Part shown: piece by piece, positions 17,621-29,100 of the stretch
Numbering within the stretch: position 1 is the first letter of the stretch
Layout of the letters: every line of letters begins with the position of its first letter
From: Corallochytrium limacisporum Hawaii
Lineage: Eukaryota; Protista; Pluriformea
Direction of reading: 5' to 3'
Assembly (NCBI GenBank): GCA_002811645.1
Contig: PDIP01000031.1
Coordinates: forward strand, 77,821-141,820
DNA length: 64,000 nucleotides
The notes under the pieces: generated by a model
Database searches by the model: none
What the model was told of the DNA's origin: nothing
Seen by the model: the letters and a program-made list of their open reading frames with translations, nothing else
Translations under genes and position numbers: made by a program

Positions 17621-20422
17621 ATGTTTCGACTTTTCGTGACACGAACCCGGCCGCTGGCCCATCGTTCCGTGGTATGGACTGCCAGCCGGAACCTACTTGT
17701 GCCAGCTTCTGGAGGGGCACAGCTGCCCGTCCGACGGGGAGTAAACTCTCTGCGTCCGACCGGGTTCCAGCAGCGAAATCTTGCAAGTGCGGCAGGTAAG
17801 GCCGCAGGAAGGGCTGGTGCTGTTGTCGTCGGCAGTACAGCTGTAGGAATGGGTGCTCTTGATATGCTTAAGCAGAAAGTTGATGAATATAATGACTATC
17901 TGGGGGGATTTGGTGATGCTATTTCAGCCGGGCTGGGCCGGCTACAGCAGATGGTTCCTGACAGGAAGGAGACCTCGAGCGGATCACCAGTACCACCAGA
18001 GGTCCCTTCACCTAGCACACCTGTTCATGCACACTCCAGTCTTGCAGACGATTCAAACGATAATGACAAGCCGGCTAAGGAGAAGACGTATAGTGAGCAG
18101 GAAATGCACGACATTGTAGAGCGGATTGAACGAGACAGTGTTACGCTGCAACAGGAATTGCAAAAGGAAATCGACCGTCTCAAAGACGAGTTGGAGAACC
18201 TGCGTGTTGCGTACTTGACGATCAAAGCGAGAATGAAAGGAAAGAACACGGATGGTGTGCAGTACCGCTACGCACCGACATTGGTTGAATTGTATTCCGA
18301 CGTTTTGGAGACTTTGGAACAAGTTAAGGGCGACTTCAAGGCCCACGATAATCTGCCCCGCATTGTGGTAGTTGGTGACCAGAGTGCTGGCAAGACCAGT
18401 GTACTGGAAAACATTCTGGGATGTCGCATTCTGCCCCGCGGGGCCGGTGAGATGGCCACCCGAACACCAGTGCAGGTGACCTTGAGTGAAGGTCCGTATC
18501 GCACTGCACAATTCCGAGAGCAAGGGAATGATCGCATCTACGACCTACGTGACGTCAGCGACATCCGAAGCCTCCGTTTGGAGATAGACCGGCGAATGAA
18601 AGATGCAGTTGAAAAATTGAGTCGTACCGGAGAAAGGCAAACGGTCTCTGCTTCCTCCATCAATCTTTCTCTGAGAGGCCCCGGCCTTCCTCGGATGGTA
18701 TTGGTCGACCTGCCAGGTGTGATCGGCCACGCAACTCATGGGATGGCAAAGTCGACGAAGGAGGATATCACATCAATGTGTTTGGATTACATTAGGAATC
18801 CTTACAGTATCATTGTATGTATTGTCGACGGTAGTGTGGATGCGGAGCGCTCAAACATTGCCGACTTAGTGACAGAGGCGGATCCAGACGGTAAGCGGAC
18901 AATTGCGGTAGTGACCAAGATCGACGTAGCTGAAATGAATGGCATTTCGGAGCAGCGCCTCGAGAAACTGGTCACAGGAAAATTGTTCAATATGAATGCC
19001 CTCATGTATTTCGCGGTCATTGCAGGATCTGGGCGATCCGATGACAGTATTGATGACATTAAGGAGTACGAAAACAGCTTCTTCCGCAACTCTCGGCTAG
19101 TCAGCTCTGGTACGTTGAAGAGCCATCAGATCGGAACTGCAAACATGAGCAGAGCAGTCAGCAAAGAGTTCTGGCGCAAAGTGCGGGCCAGTGTTGAGGA
19201 CCAGCTGAAGAGCATCCACGAAGATCTCAGAGCAAAAGAAGTGGAGTGGAACTCTAAGTACAAGGGCCGCATGATTACTGGATCGGATGCCTTCCATGTA
19301 GCACGCCATGAAATTATGACCAATTCAGCTCTGTTTTCAGAGATCACATCCGGCACTTGGGAAGAGATCTTCGCCAAGAAGCTGTGGTCCAAAGTTGGGC
19401 CATCGTTTACGGAGGGTACATATGTTGATGCTCTGACAACTCCTGGAGATGCTGCCGAAGCAAAAGCTGCGTTGGATGTGCGCGTGTCGGATCTCTTGCG
19501 CAATAAATTGCCTGAGATGAGCGCCGTAATCGGCTACGAAGGATTCCTGGAGACATTTCAGAAGCAAATGCGCCATCGTGTTCTCGAAGACCGCAATATC
19601 AACACGGAGGAGTGGGCCAAAATGGTTGAGCCGCTCACTGACTTATTGCTTCAGCGATGTGGGCAGGGACGGCCATGGACTTCAAATGAATTCACAAATC
19701 GATTGAGCGTGATCCAGTCCCATGCTCTGGAAGATGCTCATATTGAGGACCAACGTAGCTGGCAGGAAGCCTGCCTCGTCATGGAGTCTGAGATGAGGAA
19801 GCTGCTCAATGACGTTGTTGACGCCAAGGACTATGCCCTATTTGGTCCGAGGTACTGGGAGCGCTGGTATTCGTGGAAGAGTAAGAGTTTGGAGAATAAT
19901 CGTCATCTGTTAATTAAGAATGAACTCTTAAACATGATGGGTGCGGAAACTTCAAAAACGTTTGTGCTGCGTCTCGGTGACGAGGAGAAGAAAGTGCTGC
20001 GAGGCCGTCTTGAATCTGGAGGTCTCTTTGACGCCACGGACAAGGAAATTGAAGATGTGCATCGGCACTTGGTCGTCAAGCGCTTTGCCACTCTCGGGAT
20101 CACTACCGCAACTGAGTGTCGAGCTCACTATGGGAAGAGTAATCCAAAGGTCAGTAATGGCATGGGATGCCATGAAGTTCAAACCTTTTGGCAACTTCAC
20201 AACGTTGTAAAGCTCAGTGCCAAGTCACTGCGCCAGCAAGCCATTGCTCGGAAGGGTGCGCTGGAACAGGAGGTACGGGACTTTATCAACCAAATGGGCC
20301 AGGACCAAGATAAGATTCGAGAGATTATGCGCAATCCTCGTATTGACCTCGCGGAACAGATCGAACTGCGGCGGATTCTCATCCGCCAGCTCGAGAGCTT
20401 CATTGAGGCACTCGAGAAGTAA
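17621..20422 (+). CDS. OPA1: Dynamin-like mitochondrial inner-membrane fusion GTPase OPA1
   Basis: Mitochondrial presequence and TM segment, LPRIVVVGDQSAGKTSVLE, PRGAGEMATRTPVQVTLSEGP, LVDLPGVI, DGSVDAERS, TKID, GP..WERWYSWK, CHEVQTFWQL. These match animal OPA1. Confidence 0.95.
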   Translation: MFRLFVTRTRPLAHRSVVWTASRNLLVPASGGAQLPVRRGVNSLRPTGFQQRNLASAAGKAAGRAGAVVVGSTAVGMGALDMLKQKVDEYNDYLGGFGDAISAGLGRLQQMVPDRKETSSGSPVPPEVPSPSTPVHAHSSLADDSNDNDKPAKEKTYSEQEMHDIVERIERDSVTLQQELQKEIDRLKDELENLRVAYLTIKARMKGKNTDGVQYRYAPTLVELYSDVLETLEQVKGDFKAHDNLPRIVVVGDQSAGKTSVLENILGCRILPRGAGEMATRTPVQVTLSEGPYRTAQFREQGNDRIYDLRDVSDIRSLRLEIDRRMKDAVEKLSRTGERQTVSASSINLSLRGPGLPRMVLVDLPGVIGHATHGMAKSTKEDITSMCLDYIRNPYSIIVCIVDGSVDAERSNIADLVTEADPDGKRTIAVVTKIDVAEMNGISEQRLEKLVTGKLFNMNALMYFAVIAGSGRSDDSIDDIKEYENSFFRNSRLVSSGTLKSHQIGTANMSRAVSKEFWRKVRASVEDQLKSIHEDLRAKEVEWNSKYKGRMITGSDAFHVARHEIMTNSALFSEITSGTWEEIFAKKLWSKVGPSFTEGTYVDALTTPGDAAEAKAALDVRVSDLLRNKLPEMSAVIGYEGFLETFQKQMRHRVLEDRNINTEEWAKMVEPLTDLLLQRCGQGRPWTSNEFTNRLSVIQSHALEDAHIEDQRSWQEACLVMESEMRKLLNDVVDAKDYALFGPRYWERWYSWKSKSLENNRHLLIKNELLNMMGAETSKTFVLRLGDEEKKVLRGRLESGGLFDATDKEIEDVHRHLVVKRFATLGITTATECRAHYGKSNPKVSNGMGCHEVQTFWQLHNVVKLSAKSLRQQAIARKGALEQEVRDFINQMGQDQDKIREIMRNPRIDLAEQIELRRILIRQLESFIEALEK

Positions 20423-20487
20423 TCGTACTATGCGCATGTACACTAGTCTAAATCGTTTTAATGTAACTTTAGTAATGCTGCACCTGC

Positions 20488-21237
20488 CTAGGCAGGAGAT
20501 GCAAGAATGACAACAATGGGATAGCCATGGAAGGGGTGCTCAGGCTTCTCAACCATCTCCATCTTGAGACCCGTGTTGAGTTCAATCTTCGAAAATCCCA
20601 GTTTCTCCAATGCTTCCTGCAACTTGGTCGGGTTGAAGCCATCGGTGAAAATGCCAAACTTATCCTTGTCAGCCTCTGACAACTTGCTCGCGCCTTCCCC
20701 ATGGGAGTGCCCATGACCATGGTGGTCGTCGTGGCCATGACCATGGCCATGACTGTGGCCATGACCGTCACCCTCCTTCTCTCCGAACTCCACTATAACC
20801 AGCGTACCGCTGGGTTTGACCAACTGCTTGAATAATTCCAACTTGGCCATCGGATCAGGCAGATGGTGCAAAACCATGCCAACCAGCAGCCAGTCATACT
20901 GGTCCGGGAACCCAATCTCAGGCAATTGCTTCTGTTCATTAAGCTCCAATTGTTTTACCGTGACGTTCTTGATACCCTTCTCCTCAATCTTTACCTTGGC
21001 CTTCTCCAGCATGTTCTTGCTGATGTCAACACCATAGATATGACCCAACTGCTCTGATAACTTCAAGCACAGGTTGCCTGTTCCGCACCCAAACTCTAAG
21101 AGAGTCTGATCCTTGGTAGCGCCCCTGTTGGTGATCAAATCAGCTACGTCCTGATTCAGTTTCAGGTGCGCTGCTTCCTCATCGTATTCATCGGCAAAAT
21201 CATCAAAGTTGCCATCTCTTTTCGGTTCCTCAGACAT
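20488..21237 (-). CDS. Class I SAM-dependent methyltransferase with His/Gly-rich insert
   Basis: N-terminal FDDFADEYD, motif I LLEFGCGTG, GVDISKNML, MVLHHLPD, LVKPSGTLVIVE. First ATG at 21237. Confidence 0.9.
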   Translation of the reverse strand: MSEEPKRDGNFDDFADEYDEEAAHLKLNQDVADLITNRGATKDQTLLEFGCGTGNLCLKLSEQLGHIYGVDISKNMLEKAKVKIEEKGIKNVTVKQLELNEQKQLPEIGFPDQYDWLLVGMVLHHLPDPMAKLELFKQLVKPSGTLVIVEFGEKEGDGHGHSHGHGHGHDDHHGHGHSHGEGASKLSEADKDKFGIFTDGFNPTKLQEALEKLGFSKIELNTGLKMEMVEKPEHPFHGYPIVVILASPA

Positions 21238-21723
21238 GGTTGCGTACAAACAAAATGACCGCCATATACTCTACTCTGATCACTTATCGGTCAGTGTACA
21301 GGAGCAAGGTGCCGTTTAAGTACCCGACGTGTATTCCGTACCAACGACAATCATGCATGCGTAAAACGCAGTCCCCCTCGAATGGACACGCATATTACGT
21401 TGGTATGGCTGACGGGTCAGCACCGCAGTGTTCCAATGGCACCCCATACAACAAGGGAATTTCAAAATTCTTCCCCGCCCCTCATCATCTGATGCGCAGT
21501 TTCAAGGGGTCAGACCCCCTCAAAACATGTGTTGCGGAGGTCACGTCAAAGCCGGTTGGGACGGAGTTGGGACAAATTGCGATTGAGTATATATTTGACA
21601 GAACACTTGTGCATGAACCGTTCATCTGTAGTAATAACAAAGCTATGTATTAGCGGCCGCCTGGCCTTCTCGTAAGAACTGACCTAAGCTCTGGGAACTG
21701 CTTCGACTAGCGACTAGGAAGCC

Positions 21724-22458
21724 ATGGGTCTGTTCAAGAAAGGCGATGGCCAGAAGGTCTTCATGGACATTGACGTTGGCGATGGGTACGTAGAAGCAGA
21801 ACGAGAGCGTCAGTATGAGCGCGCTAAGGCGTATCTGGAGAAGATACGGGATCAACTTGGATTTCCTGCAAAGAAAGAAGCTCCGGAGCCCAAAGATCTG
21901 GATGAGGAGCAACAGGATTTGCTAGTTCAGCAATATCTGTCGGTGCCATCCAATGTTGAAGCAGGTAAAATACAGTGCTGGAAACCCAAGGGTCTACGTG
22001 CTGGCCGTCTGGTCATCGAGCTATTCACGGATGTACCTAAGGCAACTGAGAACTTTTCAGCCTTGATCACGGGTGAAAAGGGAATATCCAAAGACTCGGG
22101 CAAGCCCATGCACTACAAGGGAATCCGCTTCCACCGACGTCTGACTGGTAAGCTGATCCAAGCAGGTGATTTTGTCTTCCAGGACGGTCGTGGTGGTGAG
22201 AGTATCTACGGCAAAAAGTTCAAGGACGAAAAACCTGGGCTGAAGCGAAAGTTCGACTGCGCGGGACGGGTGGCCTATGCCAACAGTGGCAAGGATAGCA
22301 ACACTTCTCAATTCTTCATCACCTTCATTCCAACCCCGAATCTAGATGGTAAGCATGTTATATTTGGCCAGGTCGTCGAAGGTTTGGATGTGCTTGAGAA
22401 GCTAAACCAGACCAGTGCAGAGGACGAGATTGTCATTGCAGACTGTGGACTTCTCTAG
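21724..22458 (+). CDS. Cyclophilin-type peptidyl-prolyl isomerase with an inserted helical segment
   Basis: VFMDI, AGRLVIELF, VPKATENF, HYKGIRFHR, GGESIYG, ANSGKDSNTSQFFIT, LDGKHVIFGQVVEG. Confidence 0.93.
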   Translation: MGLFKKGDGQKVFMDIDVGDGYVEAERERQYERAKAYLEKIRDQLGFPAKKEAPEPKDLDEEQQDLLVQQYLSVPSNVEAGKIQCWKPKGLRAGRLVIELFTDVPKATENFSALITGEKGISKDSGKPMHYKGIRFHRRLTGKLIQAGDFVFQDGRGGESIYGKKFKDEKPGLKRKFDCAGRVAYANSGKDSNTSQFFITFIPTPNLDGKHVIFGQVVEGLDVLEKLNQTSAEDEIVIADCGLL

Positions 22459-22646
22459 CTAATTTGGTGGAATGTCCATTATCACCAAATCCTATTCACA
22501 TCCCGCTACTATAGATCTCATAAAGCACACTCTGTTAACAGCCTATTTTGGAGCCTTTCATCGGTGTGTATCGCTGCCGTTTACCACATCCTCATGGAGC
22601 ACCCCGTCAGCCTTGCTATCCACCTGCGGGTGACGACGACAAAACG

Positions 22647-22922
22647 GGCGCGAAAATAGGCCCCCATGATACCAACGACAACAGTTAAATAATGCCTGTG
22701 ATGGGTGGGATTACTGGGAAAAAAGCCATTGTTTACCCAGGCGGGAGGTTCGTACATTTTCCACCGAAAGCTGTAGTTCACATCCGTTGGGTGTCTTGCT
22801 CCTGTGGCGATTTCGCGTCTGGGGTTCGGACGGGTAGGGATGAGGTGTAGGGGCGCTGTTGAGAAGAGGCCGTGCTTCAGTAGTAAGTGTACTAAGACTC
22901 GACAATTATTTCGGCGGGAAAA
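22647..22922. promoter_or_regulatory. E2F-like sites upstream of the giant coiled-coil gene
   Basis: GGCGCGAAAA (22647-22656), TTTCGCGT (22811-22818), GGCGGGAAAA (22913-22922). Confidence 0.45.
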
Positions 22923-23175
22923 GTTCGTCAAGTGCCCTGAGGCTTCGTTTAACGGAGGAGATTGGCGAACGCTACCTTTTGAAGGTGTTACTGGGGACAT
23001 CAGGAATGGTATTTGTTGGAGCGGTCTTCCACAGCCACATGATTTCAACAGTTCTTTATTTATCGAATGATATGTTGTATCAGTGAAACCCTGAACCGGG
23101 GGCACCTTGGTCAGCAAGCAAGTATGTAGACAAGTCAAGGAAAGTCAACAGGTAGTTAGAATAGTCAGTTGCGCC

Positions 23176-26100
23176 ATGCCGATACCTCTGGCGACCGTGA
23201 AGCGAATCTATGAGTTCGCAGAGGCGCGTGAAGGTAAACACCACGTATCAGGCGTGCTCGTGGCGAATCTCTTAGATAGCGTTGTCAGCTTTGCACGGGA
23301 CTTGAAGAAGGAAGATCAGTCCTACATCAACGTTTCTGTGGTTCCCCGTCTTATGAAAGCGGGACATCAAAGCAGACTCGCCTATCAAGAATTTCTGGAT
23401 CTCTTTGCGGGAAATGCACGCTCTAGGAGTCCATCACCAACGTCGCATCAAGTGTTCTTGACAAGTCCTCTCACGTCACCGCGAAAGCCATCGCGGGCGA
23501 GATCAAGATCGCCACCAGCATCTATACAGAAGAACTCACCAGGGCGAATTCCGAGTAATGCATCAATGCAATCAGCAGAGCTCAACCAGTCTTTCCGTTC
23601 CGAACTAGCTGATTTGGAGGATCGTGCGGTGCGAGCAGAAGAGGAGGTGCAAGCCCTAAACTCAGCCTTGAGTTACAAGGTGAGTGATCTGCGGGCTGCA
23701 GAGCAGTACATGCAGATCATTGCAAATGTTTGTCGAATGGATTTTGTGGTACACTCAAGAGGAATTCAAGAGAGCACAAAATTGATAGTGCGCCGCATCT
23801 ACAAGCTTACTAGTGAGCGTAGAAGTGCGTTTGAGAAAGCAACACATTACGGTAAGCAGCTCGACTCTGTAAAGAAGGAGGTTCGGGAGCTCTCCCGGAT
23901 GCTTGCGGATAGCGACCGCAAGCTCGCAATTGCGCAGCAGGATAGTGCTCGTGCTCGTGAAGAGCTTCAGAAGGCGCGGACCGATGCTGAGCGGGCGAGG
24001 AAGGAAATGGTTATCACGACAGTACGTCAGCAAAGCCGGAGTACTAGCCCATCTCAAGTGCCGTCGCCTCCAAAAGCTGAGTCTCCCGTCCGAGCCGGTG
24101 CCCGAAGTCCAGCGCGCCAAGGGCAGATTAAAAGCTCAGGGTTGACCGAAAATGACCTAGAAGGATCACTCAGTAACATCTTAATGCAGTCCAAAAAATT
24201 TGGGGCAACTGCAAATATCCTCAAGAGCTATATGCGGAGAGAAGCAGAAATGACCGATGAATTGCAATTGTTTAGAACTCGGTGTACTGCACTTGATGAG
24301 GACCTCAAACTGTCCCAGAAACAGAGAGATTTTCTGAAGAAGAGAGAGCAAGAGACAGAGCGGTTGATTGCTGAACTTCGCGGCGAGCTTGATTCTGTGA
24401 GAGAAGAATTGGACCATCTGCGAAAGCAGAGTGTACGCATTGAGCCCAGCCCTTTGGATGTCTCCTTGGAATCAACGAATCGTTTAACAGAGGTCGAAAC
24501 CATGGCGCGCAGACTCAAGAATGAGCTATCTATCGTCAATCAGGAGAAACACGACTTGACTGCCCAACGAGATGTCCTCCAGGACAAGGTCACTGAGATG
24601 CACTCGCAATTGGCCGCTGCGCGGGAAACCATTGCAGGCCAAGAGACCCAGATTACTGACCTCATGCAGGAGATCGCCAGTGTTGATGACTCGAAGCTGC
24701 ATTTGGAGGCGAAGCTTCAGAAGGAAAACCAGAAGCTCGCGAAAGACATCAACGAACTGTCGTCGAAGGTGGCTTCAGGTCAGAACATCCACAGAGAGCT
24801 TGGTGAGAAGGTACGAGAGGTCAGGAAGCTTGAGACTCATCTCAGCGATTCGAAAGCCCTTGTCGAAGAGCTGCGAAATGAAGTTGAGACTCTTGAGAAG
24901 AAAGTTAAACTTGGTGAGGAACAACGCGTGCAACTCCAAGTGTCTGCGCGGCAAGCCCAGTCAGAGTTGCAGGCGACTAAGGACGCGCTTGTGAATATGC
25001 GTGATAATCAAGCGAGTCTTGAGACACGTGCTGAAACCCTGCAGTCTCAGCATGGTCTTCTAAAGGCCAAAACTATCGACCAGCAGAGTCGCCTCGCTGA
25101 GCTTTTGGACAAGACCAAGGAGCAGCAAGTGCTAATCAACTCTTTAACGGATCGAAGCAGTTCCTTAGAGGCACGCACCCGTACAGCTGAGAAGGCAAGG
25201 CGTACGGCAGAGGATCGTATTACTGAATTGGAGGGCCAGCTTGAGACCTCTGACCGCGATCTGGACCGAGTACGAAGCGATCTTCTCATGGCCCAGCGCG
25301 GTGCGGATGCAGCCGAACAGAGGGAACGCGATATGGAGTCTATGACAAAACAACAGTTGACGGAAAGAGATGAAATGATTGCACATCTTCGTGCCGATCT
25401 GGAAGGAGTCCTGGGTGATCGGGACATGTTAGAAAAGCGTCTACATGATACCAATCGTGCTCTCGATGCGACCAATCGTGATCTGAAAAAGTCAAACGAT
25501 CGTGCTACGTACGTTGAAGACAAGATGAAGGCCTTGAGTACAGAACATCAGACGAACCAGCGCAATTTACATGCGAGCGAGCGGAATGTCAACAGTCTGA
25601 AAAGCGACGTGAGTCGTTTGGAAGGAGAAGTCAAGGATTTTAAACGAGAGAATGACAAGTTGGTTGCGGAGCTTGATCAAAAGACTTTGGCTCTGGCCAA
25701 GCAGAACGAAAATTTCAAGATTCTGGAGCGCGAGAAAGAGGCGGACTCTAGGCAACTGAAACTTACAGAAGAAGAACTTCGTGCAATGCAAAACGCCATG
25801 CGGGATATGGAGCAAATGATGAAGACCTATCAAACAGATCTCGATACCACTCGTATGGATATGCGTCGCTTCGACGGAAATGAGCGAGTTCACAAGGAGG
25901 AGCTCGATCGCATGAACGAGCGACTATCTAATCTTGTTGAAGCCAAGCGCACGCTGGAACATGCCTTGACTCAAAAGGAACAGCAGTTCGGAATGGATTT
26001 TGATCAGATTAGCGTACGTCTCCATGAGGTGGAAAGAAACTTGGAGGCAACTCAGCATGCGCTTGAGATGAAGGATCGACTTCTGCAAAACAGTCTGAAG

Positions 26101-29100
26101 GAGCAAGAGAAGCTGGAAGACCAGGCCTTCGATCTCAAAAGGCGGCTCGATGAAGCCAACAGTGCTGTGGAGAGAAGTATTGAGGAAGGTCGTCGCCTAG
26201 AGGCGGAGCTAATGCACAGCAAGAACCAGATTACATCCTTGAGCGGTGAGCGCGATCGGTTGGTCAATGCAGAGTCCCAACTGAGAGACCAGCTTCGCAG
26301 CGCTGAGAAATCATTGCAAGATGCAAAGGATCGTCTCCATGCAAATCAGAATGAGCAGTCATCTCTGAACACGGAGAGAATGAACATCATGCGCGAAATG
26401 GATCAGCTCCATGTAACCATCAGACAACTGGAGGAACGTCATCAGTTGGATACTACAGCAATTGAACGTATCACTGCGGAAGCAACCGAGCTCCGTGGTC
26501 AACATGAGCGTACCATATTTGAGCTCCGGAACTTTGACGGCGAAAAGTCAAGACTGCTGGGTGAGCGTGATCGCTTCGCTAGTGACATGAATGCCCTTAA
26601 GAAAGAACTTGCGCAGGCCAATGGTCTTATCAAGGAAAAGGAGGATCAGATTACTGTACTGAAAAATCAGCAGCGTGATCTGCTCTTGGAACAGTCAAGA
26701 ATGAAGGAGCAGACGAATGATCAGCGACACAAGATTGAAATTCTTACTCGTGATCACCTGAATACCTCTCACAACGCGGAGGCAACTCAAAAAGATTTAC
26801 TACGGGTCCAAGCTCAATTGAATGATGCCAAGCGCGCTGCAGAGGACATCACTCATGCAAGGGAAGCCGCAGTCCGCGAAGCCGAAACCCAACGACGTCG
26901 TGCAGAAGAACTAAAGCAACATTACGATGACGTGCTCCGGAAGCTAGATGGGACTCGCGATGACATTGAACGCATGAAGCAGCAGGTTGTATCCGCGGAG
27001 AGGGAGCGCGATGCCAGCAAGCAGGAATTAATGATGTTGCATCGGAACAACCAAGAACTCAGCCTGCGAGGCAACAATCTTGCAAGCCGTTGCACTGCTG
27101 CGGAGACACAGATTCGTGACCTTGGACAACGACTGTCTGAAGCCACATCGGATATCACTTTAAAGAATCGTGAACTGAGTGATCTACGCCGTGCTCGCGA
27201 TGAGGATGATGTCGCTGGTCTCCGGTTGGAAAAAACTCGTCTGGAGTCCATGTTGAATGAGCATCAGAATGAGAATCGCTCTCTGATCAGCCAACTGGAT
27301 CGCATGGATCGTACTATAGAAGACTACAAGGAGCGTCTATCACAGGTTGAGACGGAGCGTAATGCGGCTAGCAGTTCCCGGGAGTCGCTGACAGCTGAGC
27401 TTGCTCGCGAGTCAGCGGCTCTAGAGGGCGCCAAGGATACCCTGGACCGTCTTGAAAAGGAGGTCAGTCGTCTGCAGAGTGAGCTTTCGTCTGAACGTTC
27501 TAAGGTAGAGCGCAACCGTGATGCTTTGAGTGAATCGGAAAGGGAAGTAAATAATCTGAAGCACAAGAATGAGACGCTGACTTTCAAGATTGAGGAGCTG
27601 CGACAGACGCTGCAGAGCCATAAGGATGCGGAAACTGTGTTACAGCAAACTGTAAGCTCATATGAAACCCACGTTGTCAGGGACCTAACCACAGATCTGG
27701 ATGAGACGCGTACTGGTATAGCGTCTCTGAGGTCGGAATTAAGCGCAGCTCGAGAAAATCTTCGCACATCGGCCAAGGAGAGAGGGGAGGCGCTCTCGGC
27801 CAAACTGGAGGCTCAGCGGGCCTTGGAGCGGTGCGAGGCCCGTCTAAACGAAGTCAGAGCGGAATTAACTAAGGAGCGTGCGGAGAAACAGAGACTTAGC
27901 GGGGAGAAGGTCTCCCTGCAAGCCACGATTGATCGTCTAGGACGCGAGCTTGAGAAATTGAGCAAGGAGCAGGACCAGAGCATACGCAACAAACATGATG
28001 CGGACGGTAACTTCGCCTCTCTGAGGGAGAAGTTTGAGAGTACAGAGGATCTGCTTTCTTTCACGCAGGCATCCCTTGAGGCCCGCGAGCGTGATTTGCA
28101 TGAGGCTGAAGAGCTCCACAGTCGCGTGGTGACTGAACTGAAGAGCTATTGCAGTGAGCTCGAACGGAAGGTCGAATCCATGACATCTCAAGTACGGCAG
28201 GAACGGCGCAGCTCGCGGGAGCTCACTGAAGAACTTCAGGCTTCTAGACGTGCCTCTCGCGATGCACAAAATACCGTAAGTAAATTGACCAGCGCACTTG
28301 AACAGTACGAGACGGATATAGCTTTGTTAAACGAACGAAACGCGGTGCTGCAGAGGCAGCTCGATGAGACCGGCCAGGCTATAGCCGAGGCCAAGGATGG
28401 CAAATCCGAGATGGAGCGCACGATGCAGAAAGTCGAGAGTGATCTGAATGCATCGGTCAGCAATGCACGCGAGCTTCAGTCGCAAGTAGAGACCCTTCAA
28501 GAGGACTACAGCAGCATGGTCGAAGGCCTTGGGCGCCAGAAGACCGTTACCAACGAGCTCCATACCGAGTTGGCAAAATGGAAGAAGACCGCCGCCGACA
28601 AGACCTACGAGAATGATCTGCTACGTCAAGACGTCGAGCGCCACCGTCAGAACCTGACTAAGGCCTACGAAAGCCATCAGAAACAGCGTAACGATCTGGG
28701 TAAGGAGATCCTGGACCTCCATGAGGAACTGGCAACCGTGCGCAGAGAGCGCGAGGCAGTGCAGAGTGACTTTGAGGACGCTTCTGGACAGATTGAATCC
28801 CTCGAAACGCAACTTACGGCACAAAAGGAAGCGGTCAGTGCAGATAGGCAGAGATATCGTGAGCAAGCCCGTAAGGTTGAAGAGTTGAGTTCGGAACTGC
28901 TGGTAAAGACCCGCGACTTGGAAGCTTTGCACAGCATGCTTCAGAAGACGCTTAACGACCATCAGGCACATGTAGCGGAACTGAATTCACAGATGGGTCG
29001 TTCGGTAGAGGACAACTCTGGGCTGCAGGAACAGATTTCTAAACTGAAGCACGTAGACCGTGAACTACGTGATGAGCTTGAGGGTCTACGTAGCCGCTGC

